A stretch of DNA of 32,000 nt from Candidatus Hadarchaeota archaeon (GTDB lineage: Archaea > Hadarchaeota > Hadarchaeia > Hadarchaeales > Hadarchaeaceae): NCBI GenBank assembly GCA_964514965.1, contig CAZETV010000002.1:120001-152000 (forward strand), read 5' to 3'. Numbering within the stretch: the stretch's first letter is position 1; every line of letters begins with the position of its first letter. A program made the translations under genes and the position numbers. Of this stretch, positions 8,280 through 17,554 are shown one piece after another. The notes beneath the pieces were generated by a model that was given only the letters and a program-made list of their open reading frames with translations, ran no database searches and was not told the DNA's origin.

Positions 8280-9413
8280 GTGCTCGTGAGCTCGCGAAAA
8301 AAGATGGATATCCACGCTGGTATTGCCTCTGAATTCTCGGAAATCTTGGACAAAACATTGGCAGGCGAGGAGCTGAGTGTGGCCGATGGCGAACGGTTAT
8401 TAAGAGCCGAAGGCGGGGAACTCCACACACTTGTTCGTGCGGCAGATAGGGTACGGAGTAAAATTGTTGGGGAGATTGTAACTTACATAATAAACAGGAA
8501 CATTAATCACACTAACATTTGTACGGGAAGCTGCAAGTTCTGCGCTTTTAAACGTTCGCCCGAAGATCCTGACGCCTATATGCTCACCCATGAACAGATT
8601 GCAACTAAAGTTCGTGAGGCACTTGATTTTGGAGCAACGGAAGTTTGCATCCAAGGCGGACTACGTCCTGACTTCGGCCTGAATGACTACATCGGTATCC
8701 TCCGAGCGGTGCGAGATGTCTCATCGAGCATTCACATTCACGCTTTCTCCCCTTCCGAACTTGACAACATCGCGATGCATGAGAAACTACCTGTCGAAAA
8801 AGTCATCAAAACGCTTCGCGACGCGGGGCTGAATTCGGTTCCGGGGACGGCAGCTGAAATCCTTATCGGCCGTGTTCGAGAAATCATCTGCCCTAAAAAA
8901 ATCTCCACGAGTCGGTGGGTCGAAATAATCAAAACTTGTCATCGTTTGGGTGTGCCGACTACAGCTACGATGATGTACGGACATGTGGAAACGTTGCGAG
9001 AGAGAGTTCAACATCTATCTTTGATTCGCGAAATCCAACGCGAGACCCGAGGCTTCACCGAGTTCGTTCTTTTACCTTTCATGTTTCACAACACACAGCT
9101 TTGGCGCGGGAGATTGATCAGCTCATCTCCAAGCATCGCCGAAAACCTCCGGACCCATGCTGTTTCAAGACTGATGCTTGCCGGTTTTATCGATAACATT
9201 CAAACCTCGTGGGTCAAGCTTGGCCCACACGGAGCCCAGCTTATGTTAACAGCGGGGGCGAACGATCTGGGTGGAACCCTGTTTGAAGAAAATATCTCCA
9301 GAGCAGCGGGGGTAAACCAACCGATGATGACGCCCAAGAAGCTGGAACAGCTCATCTTGGAATTGGGTCGCGTGCCCCGCCAGCGGACGACAACCTACAA
9401 GTTGCTTGAATAA
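8280..9413 (+). CDS. CofH-like radical SAM protein (FO synthase subunit 2 / MqnE-MqnC superfamily)
   Basis: NHTNICTGSCKFCAFKRSPEDPDAY (CxxxCxxC), CIQGGLRP, GLNSVPGTAAEIL, TTATMMYGHVET. Confidence 0.88.
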   Translation: MLVSSRKKMDIHAGIASEFSEILDKTLAGEELSVADGERLLRAEGGELHTLVRAADRVRSKIVGEIVTYIINRNINHTNICTGSCKFCAFKRSPEDPDAYMLTHEQIATKVREALDFGATEVCIQGGLRPDFGLNDYIGILRAVRDVSSSIHIHAFSPSELDNIAMHEKLPVEKVIKTLRDAGLNSVPGTAAEILIGRVREIICPKKISTSRWVEIIKTCHRLGVPTTATMMYGHVETLRERVQHLSLIREIQRETRGFTEFVLLPFMFHNTQLWRGRLISSSPSIAENLRTHAVSRLMLAGFIDNIQTSWVKLGPHGAQLMLTAGANDLGGTLFEENISRAAGVNQPMMTPKKLEQLILELGRVPRQRTTTYKLLE

Positions 9414-9632
9414 AGATGTGAAGGTATAAGCGCCCAGTTATAGCTGGAGTAATTATTGTTACTTTGCCATTATCCGTGTGTGATTAGCGTTGCACTGCAG
9501 CGAAAATCTTTCTTTTCCTTTCAGTACTTCTCCAGAGATTTTAATTCCAAAAAATTAGGATAAGTTAACAGCGAAGTCAATGCTGTGTAAGATATTCGAA
9601 CCAGCATTCGAACCCGCTATTTAATGAACTTG

Positions 9633-9911
9633 TTAATCACTCTCTGAACCTGCACTACCTTTCTTCAGTCTGGTTTCATATTTTTTTAGGACTAATTCTA
9701 ATGCTTCTTCTAAATCAACACCAAAAGAATTAGCTATTGTAATAAGTGAATATAGTAAATCCCCCAGTTCAGTTTTTAACTGTTCTCTATACTCAAGTGG
9801 TTTTCTACCATAGTCACTCATTTTAAGAATTTCTTTTGCAACCTCCCCAAGTTCGGATAGAGTATCTAAGACCCTGTGTTCCGGGGGGATTCCAAACCTT
9901 TTTTTTGACAA
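9633..9911 (-). CDS. MazG-like nucleotide pyrophosphohydrolase
   Basis: 92 aa; LSELGEVAKEILK...ELKTELGDLLYSLITIANSFGVDLEEAL. Confidence 0.85.
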   Translation of the reverse strand: MSKKRFGIPPEHRVLDTLSELGEVAKEILKMSDYGRKPLEYREQLKTELGDLLYSLITIANSFGVDLEEALELVLKKYETRLKKGSAGSESD

Positions 9912-10026
9912 AACTCCTTTATTTTCCTTTGAAGATGTTTTAAATCGCTCATAACCACACCTATTTTATTAACCTATTTAATAAGTAATGCTGTGTAAGG
10001 GCTCTGTTGAAAGTCTATATTTTTAA

Positions 10027-10058
10027 CCCGCCGGGGAGTTGGACTCCCGTGTGGCGGG
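10027..10058. other. Strong hairpin
   Basis: CCCGCC-g-GGGAGT-tgg-ACTCCC-gtgt-GGCGGG, two-part perfect stem. Confidence 0.6.
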
Positions 10059-10086
10059 GGGGAAACACAGTAGTGGTGTGTTTTCC

Positions 10087-10240
10087 ATGAGTAGCAGCAT
10101 CTTGAGGAAAATAAAGCGTTTGCTTGTCAGGAACCGCGTGCCGCGGTTCCTGCACGCGATGGGTCCGAAGACTTACGAGTTCGCGGATCACGCACTCGCG
10201 CTGCTCTTACGCGTGGTGCGGGGGAGTAGGTTCAAGCTCT
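10087..10240 (+). pseudogene. Possible N-terminal remnant of an IS transposase, truncated by the repeat at 10214
   Basis: MSSSILRKIKRLLVRNRVPRFLHAMGPKTYEFADHALALLLRVVRG resembles transposase N termini of archaeal IS elements; no remaining catalytic region. Confidence 0.4.
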
Positions 10241-10417
10241 CGTTCAAATCTCCCAAAAGATCTTTCGCAAGAATCGAGCAGGTTTCGAGCAGGATTCATG
10301 CGTAGTTTTTGCGGTGTAGAGTTCAAATCTTTCGTGCAATTTTTGGGCAAGAATCGGGCAAGATCGAGGCAGGATTTTTGCATGGATTTTGGTGGTGCGG
10401 TATTAAGGGTTTGAACC
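10214..10417 (-). repeat. Right copy of the ~200 bp inverted repeat; three tandem tRNA-3'-like units (starts near 10214, 10308, 10393)
   Basis: TGGTGCGGGGGAGTAGGTTCAAG..., GCGGTGTAGAGTTCAAATC..., TGGTGCGGTATTAAGGGTTTGAACC; aligns to reverse complement of 361-556. Confidence 0.8.
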
Positions 10418-10479
10418 AAGATTTGTACCCACACTTTTAATTTTTGATCCTTGATAAATGGGAAGTCACAGGTTTTTGA

Positions 10480-12984
10480 TTACAAAGGCGACCAAGTATC
10501 TTCAGCTAATCGTTTCCAATCATTAGGACCAAGAGCGATTAAAGTCGCAAGATCTGCTAGTGCTTTCCCACGAATTATGTACAGTGTTGGTTTTTTCAGA
10601 GCGTTTGGCGTGATGTAAATAAATGTATTATTCCCTTCTTCCAAGGCTAGTTTTGTTTCAGCTTTCGTAAGCGTAACAGGATATTCTTTGCTTCTGCCTT
10701 TTGCCTCTATTTTCTTCGTGGTCCCATCCGGCATCCGTGATGGGATGTCGAATCCAGCCCCTCTTGCTTCGGATTCATGTAACTCGTGAGAATCAATTCC
10801 GTATTTTTCTTTTTCATAACAAAGTGCAGTTAATATACCAATTCTCCACGCAATTCTATCTTCATCAAAATTTTTCCCTAATTCCAGCTCTTCAAAGAAC
10901 TTACGCCAAGTCAAAAGTCTATCGTGGGTTTCGTTCTTGATAAATACAGGATCTAAAAACTCAAAATCTCCATCAACAACTCCCTTTCTATCAAGTATCC
11001 CCCTTTCCAGCAATAATTCAATGTTCTTTTCCGGTTCAAATTCTTTTGAAAACCAGACTTTCTTTGGGTCGATCCATTTGCCAGTTTTCGTTTTAACTAA
11101 AATTCCAGAAAGATCATTGGAACCTACAAACCCATTCTCCCACCATCCTTTCAGCAATTTGACATTATTCACTTTTTCATCATCAGGAATACGCGTATCT
11201 GCCAATTTCTTTAGTAATTCAGGGACGCGATCTCTTCTCATATGAGTTTCTAACACATCCCTACCCAATTCTTGAGCTCCAAGCCTTCTGAGGTACTTGA
11301 GAATTAACTCGTCCCTTAAGTCTGGATGCAAGAATCTGAATTTACTTGGAAAGTATTCCGCTCCACGATTTTCAATCTCGGCATTTTCTGGAATCCAAAT
11401 ATCGGAAGCCCGACAAGTTTGCTGCTCTTGATCTAGAAAGCTTGTAATACTTAGATAATCGTACTTTATCTGAGATTGGTAGCCTTCAGAATATCCTAAA
11501 AATTCTTCAGCTAACGCTCGCAGACATTGCCTATAGTATTTCAACCATTCGTCCCTGAAAGTAGCCTTAAAACGTTCAAAATCAAACGGATAACTTCGGA
11601 AAAAATCACGGATTAACTGGAAGTTTGATATCCCTAACAATTCGTGAGGTCGGCAATCGGGATGAAGAATTTTTTTGCCCGAGAGCTTTTCGATTGATTC
11701 TTCCCCTAAAAACCTCACAACACTCTCAGATACTTGAATGGTTTCATTTGCTCTGACGAAAGATCCATCATGTCGTACAAAGTGATCTCCATTTCTAATT
11801 TCGCTTTCAATGGGATTTAACAAGTATCTATCAATCATATAAGGTTTGGCCCGTGTAATGAGAACATTTGTGTAAGAAAATTTCCATCTCTCGTGAATTT
11901 TGAATATCTTGATAATCTTTTGAATCAGGATATTTACGGCCTCTTCCAATAACCATCTATTCCAAGAGGTCTCATACTTAATTTCTTCTCTGCCAGGAGC
12001 TGTTAAAAAGTCTGCATGCAACATAAATGGGATTCCTCCGTATTCAACTTCTCGAGTAGGGACGTGGCTAAATATACCAAACGCTATAGTTCCCGAAGGT
12101 TCCGTTGTAAGGTCCATTTGCTCATTTAATCTAAAAGCGATTCCAATCTCTCGCTTTTCTACGCGACTTCTCCATTCCTTGGTGACGGGATCAGCTCTAA
12201 TATCCTCAGGAACTTGAAGCGCATGTCGAAAAACAAGCCATTTTGTAATATCGATTTTTCCATTGTAATTGAATTCAAGTTGGTGGATCTCGTAATTGTC
12301 TCTTTTTTCTAAGATTGATTTTCTTATGATTTTCCTCTTTCCATCCCACGCTAGCTGGATCTCATTCAAATGACGCAAAAACAAAAGTGTGCGTGGATGC
12401 AGATTCTCAAATTCTTCTCGCAACTTTTGAATTCCTTCCTGTTTTAAAGGGATTGAAAAGATTGTTCCTTGAGTTTTTATTCTTTCGAAGAATTCTCTTG
12501 GCAGTTCATCAATCCAAATAGGCGTAATCTGCCAAGGAATTTTCGTAGGCTCGGCCCAATGATTCTTGTCGAATTTAAATCGGTAAGGAGTTGAGTAAAT
12601 GTGCGGACATGAAGAGATTAAGAAAATGGACTTAAATCCGACTCCTAGATACCCCAAGTACTCACGCGGATCTTTTCGGGATCTGCCTACTGAACATATA
12701 GGTTCCACATCGTCTGGGGAGAAAGAACCACCATTATTGTAAATTTTTAAAGTGGTTTCTTCCAAAGTTGCATCTATTTCTGTAGCTCCTGCATCTTCAG
12801 CATTTTGGAAGAATTCAAGCAAGAAATGACCAATTCTCGGAAAAGTAGTTTCTACTATCCACATTGCTCCGGCTAGCGCTTCTAAAACGCGTCCGTCCTT
12901 TGTGTAACTTTCCCTGATTTTATCGATATGTTCTTTGGCTTGTCTTTCATCATTCGCTAAAATTTCTTCTCCCATTAAAATCAT
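10480..12984 (-). CDS. GHKL (sacsin/Hsp90-type) ATPase with C-terminal DUF3883-like putative nuclease domain
   Basis: N-term FFQNAEDAGATEIDATL, IYNNGGSF, SVGRSRKD...LGYLGVGFKSIF (N, G1, G2 boxes); C-term EARGAGFDIPSRMPDGTTKKIEAKGRS...VTLTKAETKLALE. Confidence 0.82.
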   Translation of the reverse strand: MILMGEEILANDERQAKEHIDKIRESYTKDGRVLEALAGAMWIVETTFPRIGHFLLEFFQNAEDAGATEIDATLEETTLKIYNNGGSFSPDDVEPICSVGRSRKDPREYLGYLGVGFKSIFLISSCPHIYSTPYRFKFDKNHWAEPTKIPWQITPIWIDELPREFFERIKTQGTIFSIPLKQEGIQKLREEFENLHPRTLLFLRHLNEIQLAWDGKRKIIRKSILEKRDNYEIHQLEFNYNGKIDITKWLVFRHALQVPEDIRADPVTKEWRSRVEKREIGIAFRLNEQMDLTTEPSGTIAFGIFSHVPTREVEYGGIPFMLHADFLTAPGREEIKYETSWNRWLLEEAVNILIQKIIKIFKIHERWKFSYTNVLITRAKPYMIDRYLLNPIESEIRNGDHFVRHDGSFVRANETIQVSESVVRFLGEESIEKLSGKKILHPDCRPHELLGISNFQLIRDFFRSYPFDFERFKATFRDEWLKYYRQCLRALAEEFLGYSEGYQSQIKYDYLSITSFLDQEQQTCRASDIWIPENAEIENRGAEYFPSKFRFLHPDLRDELILKYLRRLGAQELGRDVLETHMRRDRVPELLKKLADTRIPDDEKVNNVKLLKGWWENGFVGSNDLSGILVKTKTGKWIDPKKVWFSKEFEPEKNIELLLERGILDRKGVVDGDFEFLDPVFIKNETHDRLLTWRKFFEELELGKNFDEDRIAWRIGILTALCYEKEKYGIDSHELHESEARGAGFDIPSRMPDGTTKKIEAKGRSKEYPVTLTKAETKLALEEGNNTFIYITPNALKKPTLYIIRGKALADLATLIALGPNDWKRLAEDTWSPL

Positions 12985-13000
12985 GCCTATTACATGTAAA

Positions 13001-13672
13001 CTATTTACCTGTTCTTATTTCTCCTGCTTCCATTTCTTTTAACGTTCCATTTATCACATCTATCATCTCTTCGGGAACCGTATGTGTGGGATATCTTCTG
13101 CTCCCTGTTTTCCAATATATTCGATAGGATCTAGTTATCGCTAAATCTCTCGGCGCTGGGTACGTTCCTCTCATATCCCTTATCTTTGCTAGTATGTCGA
13201 TCCATGTTGCACCTCCATAAGCCTTATCCCACTTGCTCTCTTTATGTAGTTCAATAATAGCCTTCAAAAAATGATATGCTCTATTTTTAGTGTCCTTTAA
13301 TGCTCCCAAAACCTCTTTGCGTATATCACCCTGCCTATCCTCTAGCCTGAAAATGCCTTTCTTAATATCGAAATAGTAGTGCTTACCTATAAAACAATCT
13401 ATCTCTGTGTATTCAGGCAGGCCGACCTCATTCAGAGCAGAAATAAACTTTTCATCGTCTAGTTTCTCTGGATTAGTTAGCTCTTCCAGAGCTTTTTCTT
13501 TCTCTTCAGCTACAAAGTAAGCGTAAGTGTCTTTACTAAACTTATAGTCGAAATCATCAAACCACTTTAACCTGGCTACCTTTCCTAACCTATAAAGCCT
13601 TCTATCATTATAGAAAAATCTTCTCAGCAAAATATTCCTTTCTTTCACTTTAGATTGACTCATGTTACCCAT
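13001..13672 (-). CDS. Hypothetical protein immediately upstream of the GHKL ATPase gene
   Basis: 223 aa intact ORF, 16 bp gap to the downstream ATPase, likely co-transcribed; no family recognised. Confidence 0.6.
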   Translation of the reverse strand: MGNMSQSKVKERNILLRRFFYNDRRLYRLGKVARLKWFDDFDYKFSKDTYAYFVAEEKEKALEELTNPEKLDDEKFISALNEVGLPEYTEIDCFIGKHYYFDIKKGIFRLEDRQGDIRKEVLGALKDTKNRAYHFLKAIIELHKESKWDKAYGGATWIDILAKIRDMRGTYPAPRDLAITRSYRIYWKTGSRRYPTHTVPEEMIDVINGTLKEMEAGEIRTGK

Positions 13673-13757
13673 AAATTTTAATGGTTTTCCTTATAAAGCT
13701 TTACCGTATTAGGTCAAGCTTGCTCTTATACGATATAGATAACCAAAAAAACGGTTT

Positions 13758-13850
13758 CCCGTAAAATCTCCTCAGAAAATGCCTAGGCTACTTAGCAGAA
13801 CCTATGGTGTGAAAGTTGGATTCACACCCTCGTTCATACCCTCACCCCCC
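13758..13850 (-). repeat. Dispersed tRNA-3'-like repeat unit
   Basis: AAAATGCCTAGGCTACTTAGCAGAACCTATGGTGTGAAAGTTGGATTCACACCCTCGTTCATACCCTC aligns with units at 15180-15285 and 21880-21970. Confidence 0.65.
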
Positions 13851-13908
13851 TTGCGGTTACAGGCTGAAGTTGTAGTGGGTTTGGTTAGGTTTCATATCTA
13901 CTCAAGGC

Positions 13909-15018
13909 CTAAATCCACTTTTTGTACTTTAGATAGTAGACGTAAACAGCCACGATCTCGTCAAATACATTCTCAAGATTCTCGAAAAAGAACGGTGTGT
14001 CAGGATCGCAGATGTGTGTAGCATAGTTTCTTAACGCCCAAAGAATGAGAACATTCTTTTCAGGCCTATTGCACTTTAAAGCTTTCCTCACTAGATCATC
14101 GAAATCCTTTGGTGTCTGAGGACTTTTGTTTCTTGGATTTACTTCGTTCTTAAACCAAGTTTCTTTCCCGAATATTGCAGATAATAGTTCGCCTAATGTT
14201 CCAGAAGTCTTTTCATAGTATCTCATCCTTAATTCAATGAATCGACAAAGGCTGATTACTCCGTCAAATAGCCTTAATCTGGTGTAGATGTTATTCCTGT
14301 TCAAATAAATCCCACGATCTTTCTCTTCTTTTAGGAGCACCAGATTTCTATGAACGACCCAAAGTGAGCCCTCTAGCAAAGCGCGTTGCTCTGGAGAATC
14401 GTCAAGTTCCTTAAATAATTCATCAATGTTAACACTATCTTTGAATTCGGTGTTGTATTTGTCGATTGCTTTTTTCATCATAATCCAAGGAGCCTCTCCG
14501 CCAAACTGGCTTATGCCTTGACGATGAGCGCTTTCTGTAAACTGAGTGTATAGTGGATTGTGGAAGATGTTCTTAGTAGGGTCCCCCGCCCATCCTCTAT
14601 CTTCGTGGCAAGCCCAAAGCAGGTAAGCGATGCCTCCGTCAAGGTCTCCTTCGGCTAATGCAGATACACCAAGATTTCCACAAACCATTCCCTTGTTAAG
14701 TGGTTTATTGTTTTTCTTCTCGTATTCGTTAATCGCGTTCAATATTTGCCAATAATACATTTTAGACATGCCTGTGACGTTCTTTTGTAAAAATGGTATG
14801 CCAATATTGTTTGCCCGATTGAAATACTCATTCTTTTTGTCATAGCCTCCTTCTGGCTTTTCATGATCGTATGGTTCCGCCGCTTTCATGTCTTGTTGTA
14901 GATCCATTAATCCCAAAGACACAGCTTTCTCGTATGACTTGAGACAATCAATCGCGAGAGTAATCCCAAGCCTGTAATTGTTCCACCTACCGAACTCTAA
15001 CAGAGACATAAATTTCAC
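13909..15018 (-). CDS. Hypothetical protein with C-terminal HEPN-type RNase motif
   Basis: 369 aa; C-terminal helical region with NVLILWALRNYATHICDP (Rx4H) motif; preceding helical region. Confidence 0.6.
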   Translation of the reverse strand: MKFMSLLEFGRWNNYRLGITLAIDCLKSYEKAVSLGLMDLQQDMKAAEPYDHEKPEGGYDKKNEYFNRANNIGIPFLQKNVTGMSKMYYWQILNAINEYEKKNNKPLNKGMVCGNLGVSALAEGDLDGGIAYLLWACHEDRGWAGDPTKNIFHNPLYTQFTESAHRQGISQFGGEAPWIMMKKAIDKYNTEFKDSVNIDELFKELDDSPEQRALLEGSLWVVHRNLVLLKEEKDRGIYLNRNNIYTRLRLFDGVISLCRFIELRMRYYEKTSGTLGELLSAIFGKETWFKNEVNPRNKSPQTPKDFDDLVRKALKCNRPEKNVLILWALRNYATHICDPDTPFFFENLENVFDEIVAVYVYYLKYKKWI

Positions 15019-15179
15019 CTATCTTTTTAGGTCCAACACCTAAATAGAAGTTGCCTTTCTGTAGGGAATTGTCAGAATCTAACATTGTGTTTAACGCGAT
15101 AATTATTTTTAAGATATGCTTACATGCACCTTCGACTCCAAACTAGTTTCAGAACGCCTTTTCCAGCTTTTTACGGCTC

Positions 15180-15285
15180 CTTTACGGGAAAACTACGTGA
15201 AAAATGCCCAGATGGCTTCGTGGAATGTATGGTGCGGGGGGTTAGGTTTATGCTACCGTTTAAATCTACCGAAACTCGCGATCCA
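15180..15285 (-). repeat. Dispersed tRNA-3'-like repeat unit
   Basis: GGGAAAACTACGTGAAAAATGCCCAGATGGCTTCGTGGAATGTATGGTGCGGGGGGTTAGGTTTATGCTACCGTTTAAATCTACC. Confidence 0.7.
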
Positions 15286-15541
15286 CTCATCGCTTATTTA
15301 TAACTTATTTTATAAGATATAGATATTCTGGGCGCTGACTGGCATTAACCCCCAATCAAACGACTCGCACAAGGAAAGCATAGTAGTCGAAGGGTCAATC
15401 CCCATTACTCTTTGCTTTAAGGGTCTAGCTCACGTGGCCGCCACCTATTGGAATTTGCAGCCTCCCGGGCGGCACGCAAAAGGCTTTATGCCACCCCACC
15501 AAATTAAGGGCGCCCGACTAAACAAGATGAGGCAGGAAACA

Positions 15542-15865
15542 ATGGCTGAAGAAAAGGCAGCAGAGAAAAAAGTAGTTGCGGAAAAAAAGGCAGCGGCAGA
15601 AAATGCCGTTTTTATCGGAATAAAACCAGTGATGAACTACGTGTTGGCAGTGATAACGCAGTTCAACATGGGGACCGGTGAGGTCACCCTCAAGGCACGA
15701 GGCAAAGCCATCAGCAGGGCCGTCGATGTAGCAGAGATCGTCAGAAATCGATTTTTGCAGAGTTTGGCCGTGAAGAACATCCAAATTGGAACTGAGGAAC
15801 TTCAGGCCGAAAGTGGCACCATTAACGTGTCCACCATAGAGATAACGCTTGGAAAGGGTGAATGA
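15542..15865 (+). CDS. albA: Alba family chromatin protein
   Basis: [51 protein letters not shown]; start at internal ATG 15542 preferred over 15434 because of Alba length. Confidence 0.92.
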   Translation: MAEEKAAEKKVVAEKKAAAENAVFIGIKPVMNYVLAVITQFNMGTGEVTLKARGKAISRAVDVAEIVRNRFLQSLAVKNIQIGTEELQAESGTINVSTIEITLGKGE

Positions 15866-16132
15866 ACACCTTTCCGACACTTTTATTTTTTGTTTTCAAT
15901 CTCTGGCAGGAGCCATTCGATTGTTGTAGTATAACTGGCATGAGTTATTTTCAGCTCCCGACAAATTCTCGATCGATTATAGGCAAAACCGCCGCGTGCT
16001 CGAGGGGCTCATAAGCATAGAGAGCAAGCCGCTCAGGAACAATATAGCAGGCTATATAACCACTCTATTAAAACAAAAATTCGAGGAGAGATAAAGTGCC
16101 ACCTTCGATTAGTGCAAAGCTCTGCAATGCCG

Positions 16133-16678
16133 CTAATGTCGGGAGAGGATTCTGTTTATCTTTTGTGCTGCTCTTTTTACATCTCTCATGCTCTTCACCC
16201 CGGCGCATACACCCTTGCCCGATACGAAGAGCAACAATACCGCCTTAGGATCGTCGAGCCTGAACACGAGGCCTGGGAAAATCTCCGGCTCGTATTCGGT
16301 GTTCTCGAATCTGATAGCTATATGCTCGAGATCGAACTTCCTGCCGAAATTAACGGATGCCACGATATTCTGAACCTTGACTTTTGGCTCCGTTTTCACC
16401 TTTATGTGTGCTTCTCTGATCTTTCGGGTCAGCTTCTTTATCGCAAGCTTGGCATCGGCCATGCTCCTAGCGCCGACGCAGTTCATCTTACCCGAGGCGA
16501 AGATGAGAAATGATGCTCGAGGATCCTCTGATTTATAGACTACGCCGGGAAAGCTTTCCGGATCGTAGCGTGCGCCGTCCAACGACCTAGCCAACTTATG
16601 GAGGTTGAACTCTGTGTCCTCGTATGTGACCGAGAGCACGATATTTTGGATTTTAATTCTTACTCCAGCCATCTCCAC
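16133..16678 (-). CDS. tbp: TATA-box-binding protein
   Basis: 181 aa, two-fold repeat: VRIKIQNIVLSVTY...FPGVVYKSEDPRASFLIFASGKMNCVGARS / VKVQNIVASVNFG...FPGLVFRLDDPKAVLLLFVSGKGVCAGVKS. Confidence 0.97.
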   Translation of the reverse strand: MEMAGVRIKIQNIVLSVTYEDTEFNLHKLARSLDGARYDPESFPGVVYKSEDPRASFLIFASGKMNCVGARSMADAKLAIKKLTRKIREAHIKVKTEPKVKVQNIVASVNFGRKFDLEHIAIRFENTEYEPEIFPGLVFRLDDPKAVLLLFVSGKGVCAGVKSMRDVKRAAQKINRILSRH

Positions 16679-16880
16679 CCCATAGATTAATTGGTATGTT
16701 GTACTTGCCCATTTCGGTTACACTACCTCCTAGGCGTCGCGCAAAGGATAAAATCAGGGTCAAACATCAGAGGATCAAGAAGTATGGCAAGCGATCAAAG
16801 ATGAGGACGGCAATAAGAGAGGAGCCGACAAAGCTACCGCTAATTCGAGAGAAAATGCCAAAGCCTTAGGTAAAAGGAGC

Positions 16881-17123
16881 TTACTCCCTAACAACTTCAG
16901 CTGTGGCAAATCTTGGCCGCACTTCATTTATGCGGATCTTTACCTCATCCCCGACATTTGCGCCGGATACGAAGACCACAAAGCCCTGCACGCGAGCGAT
17001 CCCATCCCCGCTTTTGCCCCGTCCTTCTATCTTTACTGTAGGGGTGTCACCCGCCTTAACCGGTGCGGGTGTAGATGGTCCTCGTTCAAAGCCTCTTGGT
17101 CTGTCTCCACTTCGTCTGTACAC
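16881..17123 (-). CDS. TRAM domain protein
   Basis: 80 aa; PVKAGDTPTVKIEGRGKSGDGIARVQGFVVFVSGANVGDEVKIRINEVRPRFATAEVV. Confidence 0.92.
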   Translation of the reverse strand: MYRRSGDRPRGFERGPSTPAPVKAGDTPTVKIEGRGKSGDGIARVQGFVVFVSGANVGDEVKIRINEVRPRFATAEVVRE

Positions 17124-17554
17124 TTCTCCAACTCCTTTCTCTTGGATAGAGTAACTCTTCGTCTACGCTATTAACACTTCCTACATATGATGTATGATGT
17201 CTCCTTTAATGACGGGATTTTACCTTAGGGATTTCGAAAGAGTCTCGATCTGTACTGTGTCTAAAAAATGCAGGTATGAGCTTGGAGAAGGAAGATAACC
17301 ACTACTTAGCTAACAACCCCGCGTCTTTTTATCGAAAGTGGGAGAATAGGTTTGTGGTAAAATGGGTAAAAGGATCTTAAAGGGGATCCGAGAACGGAAG
17401 AGAAGGGAGAGAAAGAGGTCAGAAAGGTAACCTTATTATAAGTTCGACCCCTAGTTTGGATTTACCCGGGAGATTCTTGTTTTTAAGGAGCCCTCCCTCT
17501 TTCTTCAGTTCTTGGCTGCACGCAACTCCAACAACGCCGCTGCTTTTGTGATCA

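Noticed and set aside
8023-8289. 88 aa plus-strand ORF between the OCD-like and CofH-like genes
   Set aside because: Overlaps both neighbours at its ends and resembles no family I recognise; cannot be supported beyond the open frame.
15518-15880. 120 aa ORF antisense to alba
   Set aside because: Fully antisense to a convincing Alba gene; low-complexity Cys/Phe-rich translation typical of antisense frames.
15880-16080. Possible conserved peptide SGYIACYIVPERLALYAYEPLEHAAVLPIIDREFVGS on the minus strand
   Set aside because: Open frame is short and has no start codon; looks like chance or a decayed fragment, not supportable as a gene.
17361-17429. 22 aa Arg/Lys-rich ORF MGKRILKGIRERKRRERKRSER as a possible L41e-like protein
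   Set aside because: Composition is similar but the sequence does not match the L41e pattern I know; too short to support.
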